From Kondoa subrosea (taxonomy: Eukaryota): 64,000 nucleotides of DNA. Under the pieces are notes generated by a model that did no database searches, was not told the DNA's origin, and worked only from the letters and a program-made list of their open reading frames with translations. The translations under genes were made by a program, and so were the position numbers. This document shows positions 49,188-62,567 of this stretch, piece by piece (position 1 is the first letter of the stretch; each line of letters opens with the position of its first letter). Location: assembly GCA_039545335.1 (NCBI GenBank), contig BCIN01000007.1, positions 372,001 through 436,000 of the forward strand. The letters are read 5' to 3'.

Positions 49188-50740
49188 ATGGAAGCGGCAG
49201 AGAGGGCCAATGGTATTCCACAGCTCCTCGTCGCTCTGATATATCGCTGATTCTGGTATTACATGGTAGCTCTGATCCAGGAGGCATATTCGAAGGAAAG
49301 GAAAGTAGGGTGAGCGCTTCGAACCAGCTCGCACGCCTTAGCTCAACTCGACATAGAGAAGGAACCTATGCTTCCGTCTATCTAGGTCAGTTCTCAGCCT
49401 TTGCAAGCGGCAGAAGCTGAAATAACAACAGGCAAGGAAATCGCTACTGGTCGTAAGATCGCTATAAAGAAGGTAGCTATGCTTTAAGTGATGTTGATAC
49501 GCTTGCTGATCTATCGTAGATCAAAGTTGGCGCTTTCAAAGTATGTTGAGGGTTCTCATAATTTCGAAGTATCTCATGTTTCGCTTTAGGATGGTCTGGA
49601 TATGAGCGCGATTCGAGAAGTCAAGTTCTTACAAGAGCTTCGACATCCTCATGTAATAGAGGTAAGCCAACTCTTCTTGCTTGAGCGTGATTAATCTCCT
49701 TCTTCAGCTAATAGACGTCTTCTCATCCAAGTCGAATCTCAATTTGGTACTTGAATTCCTTGATACAGATCTTGAAGCAGTCATCAAAGATCGGTCCCTC
49801 ATCTTTCAAGCAGCAGATATCAAGAGTTGGATGCTCATGACTATGAAAGGTCTTGACTTCTGTCATCAAAATTGGGTCTTACATCGTGTATTTTATCGCT
49901 TTATCCTTTCCTAAGTATGATTCTGACTCTTTCGATCAGGATATGAAGCCGAATAATTTGCTCATCGCGCCTGATGGCAAACTCAAGATTGCAGATTTTG
50001 GTCTAGCAAGAGAATTTGGCGATCCGAAAGCTAAAATGACGAATCAAGTAGTGACAAGGTAGCTCATTCTTCTCTTCTATAGACTGTACTGATCTTGTAT
50101 AGATGGTATCGACCGCCGGAATTACTCTTCTCGTCTACTTTTCATCATGTCGGAGTAGACAATTGGGCAGCAGGCTGTATCTTCGCCGAACTCATGTTGA
50201 GAGTACCATTTCTGGCTGGCGAAAACGATATGGATCAGCTACAAAAAATCTTTCAAGCTCTGGGAACGCCAACAGAGGAAGATTGGCCTGTAAGTTTCTG
50301 CTCAGATATATGACTAGCTTGCTGAGAAGATTACAGAATCATACAAAGCTACCTGGATATCTCAAATTCGATAAAATACCTAAACAACCTCTTCGACTCA
50401 TCTTCAGTGCAGCATCAGCAGAAGCGATAGATTGGTTGACGAAACTATTGATCTTTGATCCTAACAAGCGACTAACAGCAAGACAAGTGAGTTGCCGTAC
50501 CTCTGCTCGCAGAAACATCTTCTCATTCTGTTTGAATAGTCTTTAAGTCATCCTTATTTCACTTCTCAACCGCTTCCTACGCATTATTCGAAATTACCTA
50601 AACCAACAGCTGAACTCAAACCTAGAGCTCTACCTCCTGACGAGACCAATATTGCGTTGATGGCCGAAAGCAAGAAACGAGCTGCTGGTGATATGTTTGA
50701 TGAGCCTGCTAAGAAGGTAGCGAGGAAGTTACAGTTCTAA
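49188..50740 (+). CDS. KIN28: TFIIH kinase Kin28/CDK7
   Basis: Motifs [66 protein letters not shown] and [14 protein letters not shown] are present. Confidence 0.93.
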
Positions 50741-50894
50741 AAGAAGCTCAGTCTATAGTGAAAGTGAGTCTTGGGTGATCAAGGCTTATTGAGCTGATCG
50801 ATGAGATGCGTTACAAATAGATACCTTGTAATAAATAATGAATTCAACTTGTTTCATAGCACGATGCAATACCAGATGAAGTGCCATCCGCTGT

Positions 50895-51495
50895 AAAGCC
50901 AAACACCCAACTTTTGAAGAAACTTCTCTTGCAAGCTTCTTCAACAAGCTGAGGCGGCAAACGGGCTCTGACAGTCCAAACTTGCAACTGCACAGTCCTC
51001 TGAAGCCGGTCGGTGCTGCCGACTAGATACACCTTGACCAAAGCCAGCAATTTGCGCGAAAGCAAACTCTGTGTCACTATTGGATTCGGACCCTCGTATT
51101 GCAAAGAATAGTAATCGCAAGAAAAGCGTCAATCTTTGCAAGACGAGAGCAAGGTCATTCTAGCACAGGAACACGTATGTAAACCAGAGTCGAGTCGAAA
51201 GCGTGCCCAATTGAGCTGATGCCGAGCTTGGAAGGCAGGAATCGAAGACTTGCTGACCGGCGTGAGAAAGAAAGAAGAGAGAGAGAAAGGAAAGCTTTTA
51301 AGTAGTCTTTCTCCGTCAGGGCAACAAGGAGATGTTGTTAGTTCAAATCAGGATCATTGACGCTGTCTGGACAAGCCATTCTTACGAGGACCAGCTAGCG
51401 AAAGATGCGTGCTCGCGGAAGCAAGCCTCTCAAAGTAGTGTGTATATGCCAGGCATGATAGCATCAAGGAAATCGATCTATAGGTTTGCGTCGAG
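50895..51495 (+). repeat. ~600 bp direct repeat, copy 1
   Basis: Aligns by eye at high identity with 53489-54088, from AAAGCCAAACACCCAAC through GATCTATAG...GCGTCGA, with small indels. Confidence 0.9.
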
Positions 51496-51845
51496 AGTGA
51501 ATCGGAGCCAGGGATACCATCGATCCGAACAACAAACAAAATACAAATGAGTGCAACTGGTCCACGAGCTCACACTCACGGCAATGAGACGTCTACTTCC
51601 AATGCGTCATTATTCAATCTCTGTTTCGCTATCAGTCTTTTAGTCTTTTGCGCGTCGCGTACTTTGGCGGATAGATTGAAAGAGTATATTTGAATGGCTT
51701 TGGATCAGTCCTGTGCCTCTACTGCTGCTTGAACTTCATCATGTCATGGTGTGGGGTCAAAAGCGGTGGTCTCATAAAACGGTAGCAACTCAACCAGTAG
51801 CCACGAATCCGTCTGCTTCCACTTAATTGTTTCCTGTACTAGCCA

Positions 51846-53116
51846 ATGACCTCCTTCAAGCCAAACACTGCCGTATGTTTCGCGAATCTCAGGCTCGCTC
51901 CACAGCTCTTTTCCAATTCTGTCGTTTCTCTCTTGCATAGTCTTGCGGTCCAGATTGTCTCGCTGCGGTCCTTCAGGAAGGTCCCTCCAAAGTTAGGATC
52001 TTGAGCCTAATCAGAGCCTACTTTTACTCAAGTTTGATCTGAAGGGCTCATGGATTGAAGTTTGCGGAGTCCGCTCGTACATCGCTTTACCAGAATCTTT
52101 GGCCTCTGTTGAAGAAGCCGAATCTAACAAGTTCAGATCGACAATCCTTTGGTTTTGCGATGTGTGAGTCTTGAAAGCTGAAGTCAAATTGCAGAAGAAT
52201 TAAGTACCAGCGGAAACAAGTTACGGTCCCAATTTCATCAATAATCAACTCTTGATGGATTACTTTGCTTCTCGCGGTTTTCTAGTCGTATCACCAGATT
52301 ACTTTTGGGGCGACGAGATTGAGCACAAGCGAAATGAACCTGATTTTACTATCCAAGCTTGGGTTAATCAATACGTTAGACCATCAGATGGCAAAACCGA
52401 GGGTAATAGAACAGCAGATCTTCTAGCTGGTATGTAATCTTATGCATTTAATTCAAACTCTCATTTGATGTATTTATTCCAGATTGGGTACCTGCAATTA
52501 AACAGCGTTTCGGTTCATCGGACACTAAATATGGTTGCATCGGTTACTGCTTTGGTTGTCCTTATGTTCTTCAATACTGTTCCGGAGACGAAGTGGATTG
52601 TGGTCAGTCTATTTTAAGCTTGAGACTTTCCTTTCATTCGTAACAAAAAACGCGTTTTATTGCAGGCGTTATGGTACATCCTGCATTCTTGGACGACGAT
52701 AAGATGTTTGAAAATATCAAGCAACCTCTCTTCACTTCTGCAGCAGGTCAGTTTCAAGTCATTTCAAATATCAAGATAAAAAGCTTCTAATACTCTTGAT
52801 TTTCATCAGAGCAAGACGCTTATTTCTCTCCTGCTCGTCGACATGCTCTCGAGGCTCACCTCACTAGACTTTCAACTCCATCCTCTCCAGAAGGATTGAG
52901 TTCAGGTGATGCCGGAGGTGGTGTTGAATGGGCATTGCAGCTCTTTGGAGGAGTCAATCATGGGTACGCGCGATCAATGTTCCTATACTTGTGTCTTATG
53001 ATGAGTCTCGACATAGGTGGGCTATTCGAGGAGACTGCAGTAAACCGCGTGTCAAATGGGCTAGAGAAGAGTCTGCTAGATCATGTGCGGGTTGGTTTGA
53101 GAGGTTTCTTCATTGA
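51846..53116 (+). CDS. Dienelactone hydrolase family (alpha/beta hydrolase, Aim2-like)
   Basis: Motifs WFCDV|YGPNFINNQLLMDYFASRGFLVVSPDYFWGD, the nucleophile elbow GYCFG, HPAFL, AAEQD and FGGVNHG|WAIRGD are present. Confidence 0.9.
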
Positions 53117-53488
53117 CAATGGTTTCTTGAGAATGATGAGACCAGGTACGATAGTGTAGATCAGAGTGATATACATTGCCAATCAGCCAAGATGAGGCTG
53201 CTTGCGCTATGTAAGTTGAAGGTCTCCTAAGAGGAACGCGAGAATCCCAGCTTGCCTGAACACAATACAGGGATACCAGGCCATGAGGAGCAGGTATAGC
53301 GCGCGAGTATGTAGCAATTAGCCTAGACACACGGATCTGGACGACTCAAGAATGGATGAAAGGAAAGAAGAGATTCTCGGCAACAAGGTGACGCGCGAAA
53401 GATTCTCGGTCGGATGCATCGGAGGAGCTACAAAGCTACAACTTCACTTTGGGATGTATGCATTGCACGCACAAACTACTATGAACTC

Positions 53489-54088
53489 AAAGCCAAACAC
53501 CCAACCCTTGAAGAAACTTCTCTGGCAAGCTTCTTCCACAATCTGGGGAGGCAAATGGGCTCTGACAGTCCAAACTTGCAACTGAACAGTCCTCTGAAGC
53601 CGGTCGGTGCTGCTGACAGATACACCTCGACCAAAGCCAGCAATTTGCCCGAGAGCAAACTCTGTGTCACTATTGGATTTGGACCCTCGTATTGCAAAGA
53701 ATAGTAATCGCCCAAAAAGCGTCAAACTTTGCAAGACGAGAGCAAGGTCATTCTAGCACAGGAACACATATGTAAACCAGAGTGGAGTCGAAAGCGTGCC
53801 AATTGAGCTGATGCCGAGCTTGGAAGGCAGGAATCGAAGACTTGCTGACCGGCTTGAGAAAGAACGAAGAGAGAGAGAGAGAGGAAAGCTTTCAAGTAGT
53901 CTTTCTCCGTCAGGGCCATAAGGAGGTGTTGTTCAGTTCAGATCAGGATCATTGACGCTGTCTGGACAAGCCATTCTTACGAGGACCAGCTAGCGAAAGA
54001 TGCGTGCTCATGGAAGCAAGAAGCCTCTCGAAGTAGTGTGTATACGACAGGCACGATGTGTCCAATGAGATCTATAGAGTCGCGTCGA
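53489..54088 (+). repeat. ~600 bp direct repeat, copy 2
   Basis: Second copy of 50895-51495, in the same orientation and about 2.6 kb downstream. Confidence 0.9.
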
Positions 54089-54391
54089 AAACGAATTTGA
54101 TGATATACATCATTCGTTAGGTGAATCGGAAATGATGACAGTTGAAATGACCAGTAGACGAGTATCAGAAGCAACAGACGTGAAAGAATAAAGCAGAATT
54201 GCGGGCTAGTATTGATAGATCATAAGCAGGAAATGATAAGCTATTTGAAATATCGCTCGAAAGACTTGAAGCTTTGTCATATGTTGAATCTGATGAGCAA
54301 ATGATATGATTCAGTTCATCGGCTGTGAGATCACCGTCAGGTAATGATACCCAGACTGTTCAAGCTGAACGAACCTATGAAACGCAATTGC

Positions 54392-56482
54392 TCAAAACAC
54401 AAACAGTTCTGTAACTGCATCGCGCCACACGGAATCCTTCTTCTCGTCTTCGGTAGCCAAAGGAAAGAATGCAGCTTTCTTAGCGATCACAGGCGGTAAA
54501 TCCAAAGCTGGAGCATGGATGATTTTCCTCTTGAGTTCCGTTTCGAACAACTAAATATCCTCACTATCAGCCGGTTTCCTCTTCATGTATCATGATAGAC
54601 GCACAGAAGTATAAGAATGATCCAAGAAATCGTCCATGTTGTAATTTGGTTTCGTCAATTGTTCTTGGAAGATTTTCGCTAGAGTAGAAACGCTTGCTAA
54701 GTAGTGCGAACGCATAGAAGTCAATTCCCAGATGGATGATTCTATAGCTTGAGTTTTGAGTGGGTCTTCTTCTAGTTCATTGAAAGCGTCTGCATCAGAA
54801 TCGAGGCAATTAGCAAAACAATATGCTGATGATTTGGTCAAAAATACCTTCTCTCAACTTCTCACCCTCTTCTTCTATTGGTCTATGTATCAAAAAGGTA
54901 CATTGCGGATGGCGCTTGAAAAGGTTGTAGACAAAAGGTATGATGGAAACGATTGCCGCAGGTGGAGCAGTTAAGCTCAGTCGTGATAAGCGCTTGATGA
55001 AAGATGCGATAAGAGTGACTGGAAGATGGCTGTGCGAGAATTGCGAAGTCTTCAGCCTAGTAACAAAGCTAAGGCAACGACAATATCGCACCTTGATGAT
55101 AAGAAAAGCTCCATCATCCTGAAGAAGCGCGAACGATATCGGACGTGCAGCACATTGTGATCGAGTAGTTTGTATAGCTGTCTGTAGAAGCTTGGGTAGT
55201 CCCTGTGGATCGAAACATGCCTCAGCACAAAAGAAAATGCTAGGTAAAGTCAAACCCACAAGTTATGTTTCGTCATCAATGTGAACAACCCATTCAAAGC
55301 CAATAGAGCAACTGTTCCACCATGCGAGCAACAATCAACCAAGAAATCCAAAAGCATTTGAGGGTTATGTAAATGAGGCATAATGCTTTGATGAAGGATT
55401 GCTAAAACTCTTTTTAATTGTTGTTCCGTTCTCAATAGTGGTAGACAAGCCATCCAAGATGCTTCGTAAGCTTTTTTGTGAGAAGCGACATTCAATAAAT
55501 CAGGCAGTTTGCTTTTGCTACCATTTGCCGAAACATCTTCCATATCTTCCTCTTCGGATGAGGAATCGAAAATACCAGTACTTCCATCGTTGTTGATCTT
55601 CCTTTTCTTGTTAGGTCTAGAAGAAGAAGGTAAAGGTTTCTTGACTGATTCGATAGGTGCAGCCCAAAATCGATTGATATGATCCGGTTGACTAGGCATG
55701 GAATTGATTCCTTCCAGTATAGACAGCAGAGTTTCCGCTGTAATTGCTTTATCTGAAGAAGTAGAAGAAGCTGTTATGGATTCGCGCATGAAATGATATC
55801 GGAGATCATCGTAATGGTTGAGGTATTTCGAAAGCAGATCTTCTCGAAGCTCAGAGTCTAGAGAAGTACTAATGAGACCGGAGACGATCTTTGACCATAA
55901 AGCAGTAGCTAGTTGATATGTTGGAGGAGATTGCAGTGTTGTCATCCGTTCAGATTCCGTTCGCAGTAAATCCATGAGCAGATTCAGAGCAGAAGTCTGA
56001 GTATACACCTCAGTAAGGAACTAGCGTACGGTCAGGAGAGACCTCACCCGCAAAGCCTGATCTTGACTCGCCAGCAGCAGAACCAACTGATCCGTGTATG
56101 CATTATATCGCTCCTTCAACCATTCTCTGACCAGTTTAACAGCAGCTTCATTACCACTCTTGAGTTTCCCATGCAGTCTACCTTGTTTGACGAGACTTGA
56201 GAAAATTCGATGAAGAGCATGAGCCGCTGAATGAGCTTGTTTTGGCTTGGAAAGGGCAGAGTCTTTCAGTATACGTAGTAAATCTGCCAAAGGCTGTCCT
56301 CCAAGACCACATTCAGCTGATTACAGCTTGAAGAGCAACTTTCGACGAACATTCAAATCTTCTGGATTAGCTGCGATCCTCTGCTCTAGTTCCTTCACTT
56401 GATCTACTGCAGCCTTTTCTTTAGGTTTGCTAGACCCTGCTTTGGCGATCTTAGGCAGCGAGGATATCTTTGGTTTGGCCAT
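54392..56482 (-). CDS. NOC4: Nucleolar complex protein Noc4 (CBF/Mak21 family)
   Basis: Motifs YDDLRYHF, LLDFLVDCCSHGGTVALLALNGLFTLMTKHNL, HLPVTLIASFIKRLSRLSLTAPPAAI, YNLFKRHPQC and AIESSIWELTSMRSHY are present. Confidence 0.92.
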
Positions 56483-56573
56483 TCGTTCGGTATCACGGTC
56501 GCTCGTGTCAAGAAACAGTCTGAGAAATATTCCAGTCTGTAGCCCATTGCCCAGTCATTGCCCTAAATCCCGT

Positions 56574-57258
56574 CTATATCATTTTTCTTGTATCCACTGG
56601 CGCTTTAGCTGGAGCAGTAACAATTTTCGAATCCGCAACACCCAGTTCCTCGCTCATCACATCATTTGGCACTTCTGTTGCTCTCGTGATAGCTGATATA
56701 GAAGGAGCAACAGATGAAGTTGCTGGTGTAGTGGAAGATTGTAATTGAGAAGTAAGCCTTTGACCTAATTCTTTCGCTTCACCAAAAACATCTATTGCTA
56801 AACGCTTGAAATCCGTTCGGTATGCTCCAGAGACTGCTGTTTCTATTTGATGATTCCACTATGACCCGAAAATTAACACACATGTCCCAGAGGAATACGG
56901 ATGTGGAGAGCTCACCCTTGAGATCATTTGTTCTCGTAATGTAGCAGAACGGGAAGTAGGGAAAAGATAAGGAGATTGAAGAGTCTTGTCCGAATTGGGT
57001 TCAATAGCATTGGCTATACTTTGCAGATCCTGTAGATCCCAGTACCAAACGTTCGTACTTCATTTATTAATGTTGCGCATGGGATTATCGCTCACGCTCG
57101 ATATCAAAGCTGTACGATGTAGCATCCCTCAACGATGAGACAAGCACAGATGTAAGCTTCAATGCTACCATTCATTGAAGGTCCCAAAACTCGCCTGTCG
57201 ACAAAGCGTAAAACAGAGCAGCTGAAGTCGTAGCACCAGCCAGGAGTTGTATAAACAT
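56574..57258 (-). CDS. MICOS subunit Mic12/Aim5-like protein (tentative)
   Basis: An N-terminal TM segment MFIQLLAGATTSAALFYALST is followed later by LREQMISR|WNHQIETAVSGAYRTDF, which resembles the fungal Mic12 WN..(I/V)E.AV....TD motif. It is only partly covered by the ORF track. Confidence 0.55.
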
Positions 57259-57507
57259 CTTGATTGTATGGTCTACAGCGTCTGTGAGAGCTGAATAAGT
57301 AGAGTACTTCGTTGAGTCGGAACAAAGCAAGGTTGGTCTTCGACCGCCGTGACCTTATCAGCAGTAACCTTACGACGTGTGGTCGCAGCAGAATTGCGTC
57401 TGCTTGGTATCTATATCTAAATTTCTATCTGTCTCCTGCTGTCTGTGCTTTAGGTACCTCCAAACCTGCTTGTCTCTTGAATCTGCTATATTTCTTTCGC
57501 GAGCACG

Positions 57508-58620
57508 ATGGCTGTCTTATTACTGGACCTATTGGATAAGATCATTCCACTCAGCGTTGAGAGCAATGCGACTCTCAAAGAGGTCAATCGCCATCTCGCG
57601 AGATTGGCACTGATTGACAAGAGCTTCTGTTCGCTTGCTATTATTACTGTCGTAGACTCAAAGCTAAAGGATGAGCAGATACTGCTGCCATGCCTTACTT
57701 ATACCGCTCTATTGAAACAAACACGCCAACGGAAAAATTCGAACCGCTTGAAACAACAATTGACAATTAGCTACCATTGAATCGCATCCCAACGTGGCTA
57801 ACTTTGTATCTGTAATGTACTGGGGTATTTGCTACATTGATGGAGAGATATCTATGTGTTCCAATATCTATGTGTTCCATTTCGAGTACTATGGCCGGTA
57901 CTGATATGGAGAGAGACAGCTTCTCAGGCTGCGCGCCAGATCACTCAAGATCTGATTAAGCTGCAGGAGAAGATTGATGCTATGAAAGATTTGGTCAAAA
58001 CCTGCTGCGTCAACCTCCGATAATTGACTTTAGCTTTCCAAAGTAAGCGCTTTGCATACTCTTTGTTTTGTCTGACCCAATGTCTTTTGATCTGAGTATA
58101 ACAATGCCCGACACAAGACAGGCATCGTTAGTGAAGATATGGCTCTAATTCACTCAGAAATGACTAACATACTCAAGGTCAGTTCTCTAGTCTATAGTCA
58201 ACTCGAGAAAATGACGAGCTGATCTGGATTTCCAGGAAGTTTGACCACAATTTACCTCAAGCACAATTCATCCTTCGTTTTCGCTGGATTTAGCCTCGCC
58301 TGCAGGTTGTGAATGGCCTTCCAAAGCTTAGCATCTTCCTATTGGACGTTACCGGGTATATAGACGGTCAACATGGTTACAATCCGCCTCATGAATCTCG
58401 GATATTGGCCAATTTACAAGCAATGAGCACCACAAGTCAAAGTCAGGACATTACAACCGATTACATCGTGAGACATTCAAGATCAATACTGCTTTGCTGC
58501 GAGAAGCGATGATTGGTCTTGCTTCGCTCCAAATTAGTATTCGTCTGCTTTCACCTTACGGCAATTCAATAACGGTACAGGAGTTGAAACCTTAGCTAGC
58601 TTTGTCCACATCAGCTAATG
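57508..58620 (+). pseudogene. Degenerate copy of the F-box-like family gene at 39286-40956
   Basis: Homologous peptides are LLDKIIPLSVE, LARLALIDKSF, YLYRSIET, LATIESHPNVANFV..YWGICYID and GQHGYNPP. Lesions are a frameshift at ~57765, a 16-bp tandem duplication at 57848-57879, an in-frame TAA at 58021 and a large internal deletion. Confidence 0.85.
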
Positions 58621-58967
58621 AGAAGATACATTGGCTTCATCGTCAGGCATCTAGAAACGAGGCTTGAAACGTGGAGGGATAATAGAAAGGCTCAAACAAG
58701 AAGAGAAGATACCTGCTTTTATGCAGATAGCGTCGTTTGGCGAGCTTTATTTGGCGGCAGACAGCGCTGTTCTCATCCAGCTGCAAATATGAGAATTGTA
58801 CCTGTTGCTGTTTGAAGCTCAGCCTTGCGCGAGCCGCACGGACATCAAAGCATTTTTTGTTCTCATACAAGCCCAAAATAAGCCCATTGAATTGCACCCT
58901 ATTGAACGACAGTAACGACAAATGGCAAGCAGGTAATGTATTAAGTTATCCCCTCCCATACTTTCTT

Positions 58968-60324
58968 TTACAGCTTGTCACCCCATACTACATCCATTTC
59001 GCCTCTATTTCGACGGGCCACTTCTGCCGTATCGATTTGAGTCAGCACCGAAGTGACTGCCATTATTTCATCCGGCTGTCGACACTATGAGTTCACTGAA
59101 TCAGGGAACTAGCCAAAGGCTCACTTTGTTGCAGTTCCATGATTCTGCATATAAGTGGGGGCTTGGATTGAGCACCGTTGTCATTGCCGGTATATGAAGT
59201 TGTTTCACTTCTCCGCCCGTTGAAGGGATGCGTTCTTCATGATGATTCCAGTTGAACATCGCTGGGTATCCAGCGAGAGCCTGATAAGTAACGATTAGAT
59301 TCGTCATAGTACAGCAGATGGACTTCATACATAGAGAAACGAAACAGTCTCCAATCCTGCGATCGGAACAAAGAAAATATACGCCAGACTGAGCATTCCG
59401 TGAGCGCTAGCTTCGATGTTTGAGGAAAGAGGGCGCACCAGTACAACCAAGTATGACGGGAAATAACATAGATCAAAGCTCCTATTAGTGCACTGATAGC
59501 AGTCGGCATAGCGCTGCCCAAAACAGCTCGCACTATCCTGTTTACGCGCGAATCCTGTTACCATTATCGCAATTAGTGAGGAATAACTATGTTTGACTCA
59601 TGCACGTACCACTCGCTGTTCAATTTTGTTCTCTCCATGATCACCCGAGCCTTTATATGACCACAATCTCCAAGCCAAAGTACCAGCTATCCCAATCTCG
59701 CTTAACGAACTTGCTATGAACCAGATCATGTTGATTATTGTCGTATATCTTGCTTTGTCGCCGACATCATATATGCTGGTGAAGTTTGTCGTCGTAACCA
59801 TTATGACTCCTCCAAATGCCATATACACCAGAACATAGAGGATGCCAGTCAACCATTTGTACTTCTCCTCCAAGAAATATCGACATCTTCTCAGAAAGAA
59901 TAGCTGAGCTACAAGTAATACTCCACCTCCAGGCAGTGGTTGAAGTGCTTGAGCATAGGTGAAGCGACGTATAGCGTGATCACTTTTGTCTATGGTAGTT
60001 CTACCCTCAACCGATCAGCTGAAATATTCTCGGCGGACAAGTCCCGGGAATTTACGAATTGTACCAAATATCTTGCAGACATAAAGCTGTCATCATCAAA
60101 TTGCAGATGACGATGGCCAGCAAGGATTTTTTGTTATAGCTTGACATTCGAGGGAAGTTCTCCGAGGCAAACATAATCCAAGCTCCAGCAAAACATCCTC
60201 CAGCGAGTAAGATATAGAGTGCATCCGACAGAATGATAGGTCCCAATATCTTCGTAGCGTAGATCTGCTTTAGAGCTGGTCTCAAAACTTCCGTTGCTGG
60301 GTTGTACGAGGGTACCACCGGCAT
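58968..60324 (-). CDS. Multi-pass membrane protein (basidiomycete DUF6534-like)
   Basis: About 7 hydrophobic segments, with LGPIIL, QLFFLRRC, WFIASSLSEIGIAGTLAWRL and SAMPTAISAL patterns. The family call is from recall. Confidence 0.6.
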
Positions 60325-60874
60325 GGTTTTAACCCTGCATTCATTAACAAGCGACTGGGTATATAGGAGGCATGGTGCCAAATATGGTTTGAACGGTGGT
60401 AGTTTGCTGCAAGGAGAGAATCACAAGACGCCCGACCCACTTTTTGGAGTAGAAACAAATCGCAAGGACCGGCAACTATTTCGAGACAGTCTTAACGGCG
60501 GAAAGCAATCCAAACGTTGACAGGTAGATGAGAAGAGATCAGATCTGACAGAGGGGCGTTCAGTAAATAGTGTTTTCGCTTTGCAGATCTAGAATTTGTG
60601 GTCATTGACTTGGAAAGCAAGTCAAGCATTGGCCAGCCTGAGATATTTGCCTTGCACTGTGGCTACCTGTCTTCTGGCTGGCTGTGGTTTACATCGAACA
60701 GACGGATCTGGAGTGATGTAGTGCACATTGCGATTGTCGCACGTTGAGTCGAGCGGTACAGGAGAGACATCCTTTAATTAAACGGACGCGACTGTGTGGA
60801 AGGTGGGCAGAGCAGAGCAAGCATATAAGATGAGCTCTGATTACTGCAGGAATGACTAGCGAAGAAGCAGTTAT

Positions 60875-62567
60875 TCATATCTCCTCTACTTGAGCTGTTT
60901 CTGTAATCCATGGTACGTCCCAACTTGCGAATTCGCTTATTTGCTCAACCATTCGCAGCCTGTAAATCATAGTGATCAGAATCCTGAGACGATCGTTCTT
61001 GTCTTGCATCCATTCTCGTAGCAATTGAATGTTGAAATTGAAAGCACTTGCTTGACGTTGGATTTCTTCTTCTTCCTCCTCTTCAACGGTAGCTTTACTC
61101 CAGCTATCTAATTGTCTAGAATAGCCAGGTTGCCTGTGCCCGTACTCCTCAACATTGAGATGAAAGAACCTCATTGAACTTGACGAGACGGAATTCAATG
61201 CGAATTCCCAATTATCGAAGACAAAGGATTGCGGCACAGTGATCCGCAAGGTAGTGAACGAGCTGGGAAGGTCTGCAGATATCAGAATGCTGTTGACAGT
61301 GCCGATCAATTCCGTTTGACTGAAAACAAACTCAGTTCCGGTTCAGCTGGAAGAGGCCAAACTAACGTTAGTAACCGGTCTTGATCCATTGTCAATGTGA
61401 GAGCTTCTAAGTGAGCATTGGCGCGAAGTGCAAGCGAAATGGTCTTCTCCAAGGCTTGTTGAGGATCATAATCTTCTGATATTGTTTTATCGCCAGATAG
61501 AACCATGCCCAGGTTTTTCAGAGGCGCTGTCTCGTGTGCGAATATTTCTTTGAACAGAGAGCTTAATATAGATAGCTCCCAGTCCCCTTCAAAGGCCAGG
61601 CTCTCGATAGTAGGGAAAAAGCGGAAGAGGGGAGCAACTATGTCTGCAGTTGCATCGCAAGCGCTAGCAATATTTGGCAAGAGCGATATTCCGCGTAGTC
61701 GATGGAACTTCAAGCCAGGCAAAGAGGCAGCGAGATTGACATAGTCGCATTGTTTCAGAATCAATTCCAACAGCGCTGGTTGAGATGCCGCAAACGACCA
61801 AATAGTTGGATAGCAAGTGAGAGAGCCAAGAAAGACTTGCGGATCTACACTTTCCAATCGCAAAGTCTTCAAACTTGGAAGCTGGAAATTAGCCAATGCG
61901 TTCGCGGAAGGAAAGGTATCATTGGTCGGACTGCAATCAGGACTGAGTGGAGATCCTGGAATATCGTCAGACGCCGCAGACCAAACAAGCAGATGCCTAC
62001 TGACTATGAAAGCAGAGAGTCAAATCCCGCAGACAATCGCACTTCTTAAGCAATTGCGCCAAACGACTAAACCTCTCTTGCAGCGGAGTAATATCCTGAG
62101 TCGCTCTTCGGCTAGTCTGCGAGCTAATGAGCATGTTCCCTGCCAGACGCCTGTAAAGCTCAACTGACCCGCTTCTTTTCAGCATATCCAGCGATGTATT
62201 CAACATTGAAGTATATGTGTGTGATAAATCGTGTCAGATCGGGTCGAGACTCGATGTTTGCCAGCTTTGAGAGGACCGTATCATCGAGAATTTCCAGTCC
62301 GAGCGTACGCAGTCGAGGTCTCGTGTCGATTGAGCGATACAGGTAAGGCAGAGCAGCGGAATCTGAGCTGAACATACTTCAGTGGCTCTTCAGACTCAGC
62401 AAGCAGAAGAAGAAACAGAAACTCTTGTTGACTAAAGCCAATGCTGCAAGACATGCATCGAGCTCTCGATCAGTCTTGCTGTTCCAACTTTTCTGGCCAA
62501 TTGTAGCAAATGTGCTGACAAGCAGCAGAAATACCCTGTCTAGCAGCTCAAACGGTAGGACAGTCAT
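60875..62567 (-). CDS. F-box-like/LRR-like lineage-specific family protein, copy B
   Basis: MTVLPFELLDRVF...LALVNKSF|SAALPYLYRSIDT...TQDITPLQERF...FQLPSLKTLRLE...CYPTIWSFAASQP...AFNFNIQLLREW aligns with copy A and shares its intron positions. Confidence 0.75.

Noticed and set aside
50892..54088. LTR retrotransposon interpretation of the direct repeats
   Set aside because: Only copy 1 begins near TGT. No PBS, PPT or retroelement coding sequence was seen, and the internal gene retains introns.
58799..58935. Possible MITE with imperfect ~15-bp terminal inverted repeats flanked by TA
   Set aside because: The match is only about 12 of 15 with a gap and there is a single copy in the window, which is compatible with chance.
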